Positions 52,890 through 64,000 of a stretch of DNA of 64,000 nucleotides are shown piece by piece. Location of the stretch: assembly GCF_009914755.1 (NCBI RefSeq), contig NC_060932.1. One strand, 5' to 3'. Numbering within the stretch: position 1 is the first letter of the stretch; every line of letters begins with the position of its first letter. The notes beneath the pieces were generated by a model. It worked only from the letters and a program-made list of their open reading frames with translations. It was not told the DNA's origin and ran no database searches. Made by a program: the position numbers and the translations under genes. Source of the DNA: the human T2T-CHM13v2.0 reference genome, Homo sapiens.

Positions 52890-55628
52890 CCTTTTGATTA
52901 ATTTTCTCTATTGTTTTTTTGTTTTCAAATTCATTGATTTCTCCTTATCTCTACCATTTCCTTTCTCCTGCACACTTGGGTTTATTTTGTTCTTTTTCTA
53001 GGTTTTTCAGGTGGGAGCCCAGATTACTGATTTGAACTTTTTCTTTTTCTAATATATGCATTAATTTTATCCTTTAAATTTCCCTCTCAACATGTTTAAG
53101 CTGTGTCCCACAAACATTGGCATGTTGTTTTTGCTTTCATACAGTTCCAGGTGTTTTTCTTCCTATAGAGACTTTTTATTTGAAGATAGCTTAATTAGAA
53201 GTGTGTTGTTTAGTTTCAAAGTTTGAGAGAGTTTCTTGTGTTTCTGCTATTAATTTCCAGTTTGAGTCCATTTTGGTCAAAGAACAAACTGCCAGTTTCA
53301 ATTCTTTTTAATTTGTTGAAATTTGATTATGCCTCCAAATATGGTCTATCTGATATATTTTATAGAAATTGAAAAGAATATGTTTTCTACTGCTTCTGGG
53401 TAGCAGAAGCAATGGGATCTAGTTGTTTGATTATATTGGTAATTTTCTTTGTGCTGTAGTATACTTTTTTTTATATTAATATAGCCACTTTGGCTGTCCT
53501 TTGATTGAGGTTTCCATAATACACTCATTTTTAGCCTTTGAATTTTAACCTGCCTATATAATTTATTTGAAGTGAGTTTTTTGTAGATAACATACAGATG
53601 TGTTTTTTAATCTACTCTGACAATTGTTTTATTGATTTATTTAGGCCATTTATATTTCATGTGATTCTCAACATATTAAGACAAAAGCCTAACATTTTAG
53701 TTTTCACTTTCTGTTTTTTCTCATTTGTAAAATTTCTCTCCTTTCTTTCCCTGCCTTCCTTTAGGTTACTTGGACATTTTTTAGATTGCCATTTTAATAT
53801 ATCTATAGTGATTTTGAGTGTATCTCCATGCATAGCTTTTTTAGTGGTTTCTCTCAGGGTGGCATACATATAAGAGTCTTTCAGTGTTATTGTTTTACCA
53901 TTTCAGGGATAGTATAAATACCTTATGTTTCTTTACATCTCTTTGCTTCCTCATTTTTATAATATAATTGTTTTAAATATTTTCTTCACATATATTTGGT
54001 ACCACAACAGATGGTATTATCAATTTTGCTTCCACCATAACATATAATTTAGAAAGCTCAAGAGGAGAAAGAAAACCTACTGTATTTACCCATATCTGTA
54101 ATTCTTTCTGGTGTCCTGTTGCTTCAAAATTTCTTATTTGATCATTTTATTTCTATTTTGAGAACTCTCTTTAGCCTTTTCTTCAGGGTAAGTCTGCTGG
54201 CAACAAATTTTGTCAAGAACAAGTTTTTGTTTATCTGAGACTGTCCTGATTTCTACTCATTCCTAAAGGTTATTTTTGCAGAATATAGGATACTTGGTAA
54301 ACAGTTTTATGTTTTTAGCAAGGATTTGAGAAATATTTTGCTTTTCATTCTGGCTTTTGTAATTTCTACAATAAATATTTTGTCATTCATATTGTTTCTT
54401 CTGCAAGTAAGCTATTGTCTTTGGCTGCTATCAATATAAATTTATCTGTGTTTAAATTTCTGAAGTTTAATTACGATATAGCTTGCCATGAATTTATTTG
54501 GGTTTATTCTTGTCAAGATTTACTCATCTTCTTGCATCTGTAGGTTTATTTCTCTTGCTAAATTTGGGGAGTTTTCAGCCATTATTTCCTCAGGTATTTT
54601 TTAGCCTTACCCTGTCTCCTCTCTTTCCAGTATTCTAGTGACTTAAATGTCAGATATTTTGTTATAATACCACAGGACTTTCAGTCTTTGTTCATTTTTT
54701 TCAGCCTATTTTCTGTATATTATTCATATGCATAATTTTTATTATTTCATTTTCCAGTTCACTGAATCTTTTTTCTTTTCTTTTTTTTTTTTTTTTTTTT
54801 TTGAGACGAAGTTTCTCTCTTGTCACCCAGGCTGTAGTGCAATGGCATCATCTCAGCTCACTACAACCTCCGCCTCCTGGGTTCAAGCAATTCTCCTGCC
54901 TCAGCCTCCCAAGTAGCTGAGATTACAGGCACCCACCACCACGCCTGGCTAATTTTTATATTTTTTAGTAGAGATGGGGTTTCACCATGGTGGCCAGGCT
55001 GACCCTGAACTCCTGACCTCAGGTAATACACCCGTCTCGGCCTCCCAAAGTGCTGGGATTACAGGGGTGAGCCATCACGGAATCTTTTCTCTCTCCTCTC
55101 CTTTCTGTTGTAGATCCTATCTACTGAGCTTTTAATTTCATTTATCATATTTTCAAGTTCTACAATTTTTTATTCTTCTTTATATCTCCCATTTCTTAGC
55201 TGAGACTTTTTATTTTTTGTTGAAGATCTTTAATCTCCCATTTGTTTCAAGCCAGTTTGTATGTGGTGTTTGACTAGAGTATAATGGTTATTGTCTAAAA
55301 GTTTTCTCTCTTGCTAGGCTGCCCTTTTCCTGCTCCTTTGGCTAAAGAGAGAAGGATATGGAGGTGAGGGGCTTTTTTGTTTGCACTCATTGACATTTCT
55401 GAGTTACCAATTTTACCTCTTCCAAATGTGAGTTATATGCAGCAAAAAGAAAACCCAGGGAAATCATCACCTCATGATTCCTCAGGTAGCTGGATGTTTT
55501 GCCATCTTCTCTCCACTTTTTAGAGTTATTTTGTGTTTATTGTATACATGATGGTTAAAGTTTTTGGATGTACTTAGCAAGAGGACTATAGAAAAGCATG
55601 TCTACTACATCTTCCTGCAGGTGGAAGT
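52890..55628 (-). mobile_element. Old L1M (L1MC/L1MD-like) 5' half, deleted and degenerate, interrupted by an Alu
   Basis: Antisense ORF2/ORF1 motifs (gctgtgtcccacaaa, aaatttggggagttttcagccattatttc); minus strand begins acttccacctgcaggaagatgtagtagac, resembling an L1M 5' end. Confidence 0.75.
54772..55078 (-). mobile_element. AluS element
   Basis: Poly(T), gagacgaagtttctctcttgtcacccagg...; TSD gaatctttt on both sides. Confidence 0.96.
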
Positions 55629-55799
55629 CTTCTCTGTATTTTGTTGAGTTTATTCCTATAAACTTGCTACTGCAGATTTAAAAATCCATGAATGAGGCAC
55701 AAATAAAAAGTTGTCTGTATACCACTTTATAAACTCCACATGTGTTTAATAAAATATTTAAGCAATGTAGGAATTACTCTAAAGCTTCGGGGAGAGGCC

Positions 55800-55975
55800 A
55801 TACTGTGGTGTAAAAATCTGAAGGAGGTCCTCACGTTGGTTCCAATAATCACTAGTTGTGTTTCTTCATTGTGGTAGGTGTTTCTTCAAATCTCTGTAAA
55901 ATTAGGGCAAAAATACTCACTTCATAGAGTTTCTAAATTAGGATTAATGAGATACTGTACATAATGCCAACCACA
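55800..55975 (+). mobile_element. MIR, degenerate
   Basis: tctgtaaaattaggg..aaaatactcacttcatagagtt...ggattaatgagata. Confidence 0.55.
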
Positions 55976-56868
55976 AAATAATGATGGGCAAATACTAACA
56001 CTTCCCCTAGCTTTATCAGAAATGGAAATAGATTTGTAAAAACATGAGTCTTTATTTTACTTTAAAATATGGGGCTTGTTGAAACATAGGTCATAGCATT
56101 GTAAATATGTGTTTTTGTAATGTTAACACTTTCAGCTAAAGTGTGGAATAGTGATTAATTACATTTATTGCCTATAAAATCATCAGAAAAGTCATTATTC
56201 CTATAAAGAAACTTACAAATATGGATTCTTCCTGGAAGCAAGAATGAGGGTGTGGCTGAGATGAAAGCTCAGGGTGTTGACAGTGTATCTCCATATGACC
56301 ACCTGCATCAGAGGTCAAGGACTTAACACTTAGATCCCTGTCACTAGCAGAGAAGCCAGGAGACAGAGCATTTGATAGCTTCTGTTTTATTTAGCCTCTT
56401 TATACACATATATTCTTTAAAAACCTTGAAAATTAAGAGGCTAATCAAACTTTCAAACTTTCCTGGTCCTTCAAGAAACATTCCAATGTCCACAGAGTAT
56501 GAGAGCATGATGAAAAGAAATGAGTGTCCCTTGAGAGTTGTTTAAAAGAGTTTGTCCCTTGAGATGTTGAAGAGTAAAAACACCCACATAAAGTTGACGA
56601 AGACCGTTTCACCAGGTTAGGTCACAGCTTTTCATTAATGATAAATGTGAAGAAGAAAAAAATAAAATGCAAGGTTACAGCAGAAATACTTCTATCTTTT
56701 TCTAACGTTTTCATTAGTTCTACAACCAAGGACACATTCTACTGTCAGTGGTTTACTGCAACTGTCAATGGTTTACCTTTCCCAGGATATGAACAGAAAT
56801 AGAGTACTCAAGAAGCTGCTACGTAATTAATTTAGGGTAGCAGAAAAAAGGCAAAAAGAAAGATAAGT

Positions 56869-56904
56869 AGTTGATGGTGTTAACCTACTTTAACACCATC
56901 AACT
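56869..56904. repeat. Perfect 15-bp inverted repeat with a 6-nt spacer
   Basis: AGTTGATGGTGTTAA-cctact-TTAACACCATCAACT. Confidence 0.97.
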
Positions 56905-58824
56905 GTGTGTTACTTAAGCGTTTCTTGTACATGTTGATTTTCAAATGAGAGTCACTTATCTATAGCATAAGTACTTTCACACGTACAAGGGGTTTTTTTC
57001 TATATATTATTTTCTAAAGAGGAAACATTTAATTTCGTTTCCAAATGAAATATCTAGTTCTTGCTGAAAATGTGTACTTTAAAGAGACTTTTTAAAAGAA
57101 GAACTCCTTGCAGGTGGTCTCTATCACAAATAAACATGAGAAAAGGTTCTTAGAGAAACTTTTGGCCCGTAACCCTGTCTCCTGTCGTCTCATGCTGGGT
57201 TGCCATTTACGTAAAACCACTGTGGGAGTCTTAAATGTCATGGTAGCTGTGTTCCTGCCAGCTTGTTTGTGGGATTGTGTGGGTCACCTATCCTAGGGGC
57301 TCAACTTTAGTGCTCTCAGGTTCATTATGGCTCCACTGGAGAGTTGAAATTCAATCTCCAATCACTGTTCTGTAACAAATTGGCAAGTTGGGCTTTTGCT
57401 AAAATGGCTGCCTTATTCCTGGCTTAAGCTATTTGTGGACTATAACTGCATTTTTTAAGGGTGCCTTTTGCATGGGAGTTAGAAGGAAGAGGAGTTAGGT
57501 TTTGGGACAATTTTTGGCAGAGGAAGGATACTTAGAAGCTGAATCAAATGATGAAGTCGCACTCTTTGAGATCAAGCAATATCCTTGAGCAATATTGACA
57601 GATTGTTTCCTTTTGCCTATTTTTTGTGACATTCTTACCTAAAGCATTATTGTGTTAGTATAAGAGAAGGAATGAGAGTATTCACTCCCTAAATTTTTAT
57701 GGCATGATTTATTTTATATCTATATCAGTGTCTTTAGTGCTGCTTGAAAACAAGTATAAAAACCCTTCCCTTGGCAAGAACCTGTTAGTAAAATGTAAGA
57801 TTATTTTTTAAATATGTACCACCAAAGGAAATATTTCAAATACTTAGTTATGAGAACCTCATTTCCCAGAGTTAAGCACCATAGCTTGAAACTCTTTATA
57901 TTTAGTTAAGCTAACTGGGTTGATATAAGAGAAGCAGTGATTAAAATAATCTCTCACAGTGAATAACCCAAAAGTTATTTTTAGCAGGCTTTAGGTTTCT
58001 CTACAGGATGTTATGTACCCAATCTGCAGCTATTGTTTGAGTTATTCTAATTATATTTAGTTTAATGTACATTAAGAAAACACTTGACTTCTCCATGCAC
58101 ACACTGACAGACGGGGAGGAGAGAGCTTCCAAACCTAGTATTGAGCTCTGCAGGGAATTTCAAAACTCCTTGCTTTGAGTCACTTAAGTGCACAACCGTC
58201 AGGCAAACCATACACACTAGATTTTAATTTGCCTTAAATCAAAGGACAGAGAAAGCCCACAATTGGACTCTGTAACCTGATGCTGTGTAAGACCTTCCAT
58301 AGGGATTCAAACACATTAGCTTCAAAACGGTGATTTTCTTCCCTGCTTTCAATGATTGTAACATATCCATCCAACAAGTTCTCTTGGTCAGTGTGAAGAC
58401 TTAAGCAGAATTGACCTACTTTGTTCTTCACTTCACACAAATGATTGTCCTTTAGATACTAATTTTAAAAATATTAACACAAGGTCCCTCCTCTAAATCC
58501 CTTTGGCCACAGTTTGAGTTCACATCCATGCCATCTCCACCTGCTCACTGCAATACCTTCTGTCTTGCTCCCTACCCTCAGCCAGAGTCCCACCCTCACC
58601 CCCACTACCTCCCCACTCTCATTACAGAGCAAGATCAAAACAGCTCCAAACCCGACCAGGCATTTTTAAAGAATAATGCTGTTTATGAAACTTCTTTAAG
58701 CAAGAAATAAATCCTTTAATGGTTTCCCAGTACCTGCAAGGTAAATTCCGAAGTCTTTAACCACGTGCATCTTGCTTTTCTTTTCTCCTTGTGAGGCACA
58801 TTCCACCATATGTGTTCTACACTG

Positions 58825-59080
58825 GAGTTATACAAACTCCAATTCTTGGCCTGCCCATTTTTAGGTTGGAAAATCAATTCAGTAGGTCTAGGCCAGCATT
58901 ATATAATCAAATATAATAAAATAGAACAGAACAGAGCAGGTTATGGCACACATAATAAAGTTAACCATTGCTTCTTGATGTTTTGTTTCAGTATGTATGT
59001 GGTAGAAGATGTAAAATGTATTACCTATTGTGGGTGGACACACAAACCCACACACACACGGAGAAAATCTGTTTTTAACA
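58825..59080. mobile_element. MER112-like hAT-Charlie fossil
   Basis: gaaaatcaattcagtaggtc..ggccagcatt...aaatagaacagaac...ttttgtttcagt...gatgtaaaatgtatt.cctattgtgggt. Confidence 0.6.
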
Positions 59081-59602
59081 CAGATAATTTGAGTTTGTTG
59101 GCTAAAATATTTAGAAAATTTAGAATAGCAATAATGTTTAAATAACCAATATTTCACCATTCAGAGGTAACTTAGATATATGGATTTAATATTGTATGTT
59201 TCCATACACACAGCTGTACACATACATGATTTATATGCATAGCTACACAAGCATTTCATACACTTGGAAAATCTCAAAATATTTGTTGATTCAATGAATA
59301 AATATAAATTTCATGTTATTAACTAAAATCCCATTATACATACACATGATTTTTTCCTACATAAAGTATTGTGATCAGATTTTTATATCAATACATCTTG
59401 GATATACACTATTTTATGGGCATGTAGTATTTTATTTTTTTGATATATCAACATGTACTTTTATTATCCTATAATATCGGACACTTCATTTCCAAGCTCT
59501 CCCTTTATAAACATCATTTTCATATCATTATATAAGACCAAACATGTCCATATGTATGTATGTACCAATATATATGTATGTGCATATGTATACATGGGCA
59601 TA

Positions 59603-59630
59603 CGTGTGTGCGTGTGTGTGTGTGTGTGTG
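59603..59630. repeat. (TG)n microsatellite
   Basis: cgtgtgtgcgtgtgtgtgtgtgtgtgtg. Confidence 0.9.
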
Positions 59631-59654
59631 ACAGAGAGCACCAGGCATGGATTT

Positions 59655-59860
59655 AAATGCCTTATACATATTAACTCATTTCATTACCAAAACAACAACT
59701 AAAGTTTCTATTATTTTCCTGACTTTACAGAGGGGAAACCGAGGCACAGAGTTTAAGGATGTTGCTCAGGGTCACATTTCAGTATAAATGGCAGAGCCAG
59801 GATTTGAAACAAAATGGTCTGGCCCAACAGTCTGAATATCTCCTACTACATAATGTTGCT
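59655..59860 (-). mobile_element. MIR
   Basis: ttaactcattt...ttttacagaggggaaaccgaggcacagag..taag...tgctcagggtcaca...ggcagagccaggatttgaa. Confidence 0.85.
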
Positions 59861-59929
59861 TCTACAACTTGTGCAATTAAGAAAAAGACTTGAAAGTGGA
59901 TTTAAATTTGGTGAAACTAAAATTGAATA

Positions 59930-60308
59930 TAGATGCTACTTCACTTGTGTTGGGGTTATGTCCTGATAAACCCATTGTAAATTGAATATATTGAAAGTAA
60001 AAAATGCATTTAATACACTGAACCGAACCTACTGAGTGGTATAACTTATCCTAGCCTCCCTTAAATGTGCTCACATTAGACACTTAAATTACCCTACAAT
60101 TAGGCAAAATAACCTAAGACAAAGTTTATTTTATAATAAAGTATTGAATATCTTGTAATTTATTGAGTGTCTATACTATAAATGAAAAACATAATGGTTG
60201 TATAGGTACTCAAAGTACACTTTCTATGAATGCTTGTTGCTTTTGCCCACTGTAAAGTCAAAAAATCCCAAGTCAATCCATCATCCTTGTAAGGCAGAGG
60301 CTATCTCC
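59930..60308 (+). mobile_element. MER47A (TcMar-Tigger) DNA transposon fossil
   Basis: agatgctacttcactt...ggggttatgtcctgataaacccattgtaa...aaaatgcatttaatacac...tattttataataaagtattgaatatct...aatggttgtataggtactcaaagtac. Confidence 0.85.
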
Positions 60309-60479
60309 GTTTTTAAGGCATTTATTTCAGAGGCACATCAGATACTGCATGGCTTATGGAAATGCTTTTTTCTACCTTTAGCTTTCATTGTTCTGCCCCC
60401 ACCTTTTTCTTCTGGAATACCTTTGACCATGGCTTGAGAATAGTGTTCAACAGCAGCCTCTTTGTAAAGGTGCCTTGAA

Positions 60480-60705
60480 TATGCTTGTCTTCTCAGGCAG
60501 AGGTTAAACACCTTTATTCTGTGTTCCTTTGGCTCTTTGGACACCCATTTACTATAGCATATATAATATTTTATTATAATTATTTGCTTTATGCCTGTCT
60601 TCTCCACCAGAGTAAGAACTAACTCCTCCAACCAAGAATTCTGCCATTCACCTTTGTACTCCTAGTGCTTACCTCATAATTAATAAATGAATGAGTGAAC
60701 TAAAG
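60480..60705 (+). mobile_element. L2 3' end
   Basis: tgcctgtcttctccaccagagtaag...ttcacctttgtactcctagtgctt...aataaatgaatgagtgaa. Confidence 0.65.
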
Positions 60706-61633
60706 AAAGAAAAAAATTAATTAATGGCTTTATATTTATAAAACCGAATCTAAAAGGAAATAGTGAATTATATTCTAATGGTTGGAGCAGAAGTATTTTT
60801 AAAAATGTTTTATGTTTGCATCACAATCTTTCCACATTACTTTAATCATATATGTAAAATCTTTCTCTCCATCTAGTCATCTGTTATCATTTGGTTTTCA
60901 TAATCCCTGCCACCACAAAACATACCATACTCTGGACTCCAGAGACACCAGCTCCAACTTTTTTTTCAGTTGATTCATCTTTAAAGAGTCAGAGTATCTT
61001 GAATTTGATGAATGTCAGTAGAGCAGCTTGAAAATAAAAATCACTGCATAAGTGCTGAATGTTACTATTGATCATTAAGTATCACTAGACATAACTCAAA
61101 TGATTTTCCTTATTATAGACATGAAAGTTATTTTTCTAGGCAAAGAAAAGGAACTTATTCATAATATTTTAATCTCAAATGGGGCATTAGTAGTATATAG
61201 GATATATATACTCTAGGATATATACTGGAAATCTTTGTCTTTTCCTTTCTGTTACGCTTTGTGGATATAGCTTTATAAGTACTTCTGTAGAGTTAAGGCT
61301 ATGTTTCTTTATATCAAAATTCTTATACCTATATTACAAATTTTGAATTATAATGCTACTTCAATGAATTTTTCTGGAATGAAAACTTCCAGTGGATTCA
61401 GGATGGTGTGGGAGAAGTCCTGGTCACCTAAGTAATAGGGTTGGTCCTAGAAGGAGTGGAACAGACAGTAACATTAGCTCAGATGTGGTTTTCTGGGGTT
61501 GGAAGAAGAAAAAGAGAGACTCAAGATTCTTCTTAGACTGGTCAGGGCCGGGCTGAGATGTGCATACATGCCCACTAGCAGGCAGGGTACCATTAACAAG
61601 GGAACTCCGAATTGACAGAGCAAGAAGAAATGG

Positions 61634-62167
61634 TGTGGTAGGCAGAATATTGGTCCCAAAGATGTCCATGTCCGAATCACTGGAATGTGTTGAAATTTTA
61701 CTTTACATGGCAAAGGAGAATGCATGTCACAGATGAAATTAAGTATTTAGCTGTTCTGGAAATTGAAAGTTTTCCTAAATTATCCAAAAGGGCTCAATGT
61801 AATTATAAAGGTCTTTATAAGTGAAAGAAGGAGACAGGTGAGAAGGAACAGAATGATGGTAGCATGAGGACTCAGCCCACTGTGGCTGGCTTTGAAGATA
61901 GTGGAAGAGGGCCACCCATCAAGAGATGTGGGGAACTTCTAGAAGCTGGAAAAGTTAAAAAAAAGGAAGTCTCCCCTATGGCCTCCAGGAGGAATGCAGC
62001 CCTTCTGATTCCTTGATTTTAGCCCATTGAGACCTGTTTCAGATTCTGGACTACAAAAGATAATAAAGTAATATAATATTATAAAGTAAAAAGATTATAA
62101 AGTAATAAAGTAATATAAGTTTTGGTAATTTGCTAGAACACTGAAATAGCAACAGGAAATAAATACA
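61634..62167 (+). mobile_element. MLT1D solo LTR
   Basis: tgtggtaggcagaatattggtcccaaagatgtccatgtcc...ttacatggcaaagg...gctggctttgaagat...tctagaagctggaaaag...gcaacaggaaataaataca. Confidence 0.9.
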
Positions 62168-63678
62168 CTACTTTTTCTACTTATTGAATGCCATCTATGT
62201 TTTTCACATGTGTATCAAATTAAAGATTACTGTTACCTGCTTTTGATAAATTGAAGGTTGACTAAGATAGCACAGCTAATAAGTTTCTGAAAAGTGCAAC
62301 TTTCCTTTTGTAAACACTTGAGGAAGAAATTGCCACACCTAGATATGGGTGGGGTGGAGAAGAAAGAGGACTAAATCATGAAACACAGCATCATGCATCC
62401 TATATTTCTTCCTACATTTTATGATAAAGCTTATTTCTGAATTTAAACTCATTAAACAGTATGCATTTTGACTGCATGATTTCAGAGTGGTATGGTCAGA
62501 GCATAAATACACTAAGTCCCAGCTCTGAGTTTAATTAGTTGATCATTCTGAGTATCTTCCTATATCTAATAGGGATAGCATCAGATTAGATTAATAAATA
62601 TAAAAAATTGAAGTGACAAATATTGTCATATACATAGTATTACTGTTTTGTAGGCTTTAGAATATTTCTTTAATATATTTGCCTTTTTCGACACATTGAA
62701 AATTTTGCGAAATCGTTTTCACTCTGCCAGTTGATATTCTGAGTCAGTGCACAAGAAAAACAAAAGACTTTCCTGAGTGAATTTGTGATACATAGATGTC
62801 CTTCACATGCACTTTTTCAGTTCATCAACTTCCATAAATCTGTCTATTTGCAATGTAATATTCATTCCTCTTTTAACAGAAAACTTTCCTTAAGATGTGA
62901 TCCACAGTTCCTTATCTCTTAAAATAAAATAGACTTGCCGCACAACATGTAGCTGTTTTCTGAGATCCCATATTGTTTGCCTGGCAAAGTAGTTTACATC
63001 TTTATTATTGAATTTTAAGGATAGGAAATCCCCATTTCACTTCTTGAGATATAGGGACTAAAACACATATAAACAGAATTCAAGTAGCCTTTTCAAATAT
63101 TCTGGAGACAATTTTTTCACCTAGAAGAGCTAGTTCAAGGAACAACCTAGACAATCACACTTGACATTAAGGAAAGTACTCTTCCACTGAGCATGTGCAA
63201 TTCCACCTCACCTAGCTACATAAGCACTAATGATCATTCAGGCCACCAGGGATGGTACTAAAAACCAAGTAACAGGAAAAGGAGGTGATATATCAGACTA
63301 CAACTGTCTGTTGGTCGAACTGCATCACAAGCATTACAAATATAGAATTCCTGGATCCATCTCAAAGTCTATGTTCATCCTAAGGCTTATTCACCTGCCT
63401 GTAGACACATGGAAACTTCTCCAGAGTAGCTCTGTCTAGCATAGTGGCAAGTCTCCAGGTTATTAGGACTCTGTGGTATTACATGATGAAGTAGGATCAT
63501 GATACAAATGCTATTGAGCTTTTTTTCAGAGCTCTGAAAATAATACTCTGAAATTACAGTTTAAAATATAAAACTGTACTTGGCCTAACGCATGCTGATG
63601 TACATAGAAGTTGGGCTTCATCAACCTCAAGCATGAAAAGTCCCTTGGGAGTTGAATAGATAGGAGAGTTTAGAGCTA

Positions 63679-64000
<322 letters not shown>

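Noticed and set aside
58234-58440. Protein-like minus-strand ORF (CEVKNKVGQF...FESLWKVLHSIR)
   Set aside because: I recognise no family, and there is no good polypyrimidine acceptor or strong donor. A tBLASTn or PhyloCSF check would be needed.
62060-62118. Repeated ataaagtaa units
   Set aside because: Local slippage inside the MLT1D LTR with no independent significance.

Overview
This is AT-rich, CpG-depleted primate (most likely human) non-coding genomic DNA, either intronic or intergenic. It is not microbial. I cannot support any protein-coding gene, tRNA, rRNA, snRNA or CRISPR array. The longer ORFs in the supplied track are translations of Alu, L1 or LTR repeats, or look like chance ORFs. 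Much of the window is transposon debris: 12 Alus, a 1.6-kb L1PB, several old L1M blocks, L2/L3/MIR relics, MLT1 and MER21 solo LTRs, and Tigger3b, Tigger2a, MER47A, MER5, MER112 and Charlie-type DNA transposon fossils. Subfamily names and many boundaries come from remembered consensus sequences and are approximate. The most interesting signals are structural. (1) A local inverted duplication of an L2 segment (5705-6170 vs 7472-8256), with an Alu in one arm and a fold-back hairpin at its end. (2) A 168-bp dispersed direct duplication of apparently unique DNA (37094-37261 vs 40517-40684). (3) A near-perfect 86-bp tandem duplication. (4) Perfect palindromes at 22469-22516 and 56869-56904. (5) Several atypical small retro-insertions. 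(6) A CpG-retaining element at about 28.2-28.8 kb with RFX, E-box/RBPJ and CRE-like motifs. (7) An orphan ZNF143-type motif. (8) A few minus-strand splice-site pairs that could be exons of a lncRNA. I found no convincing new multi-gene biological system and could not identify the locus.
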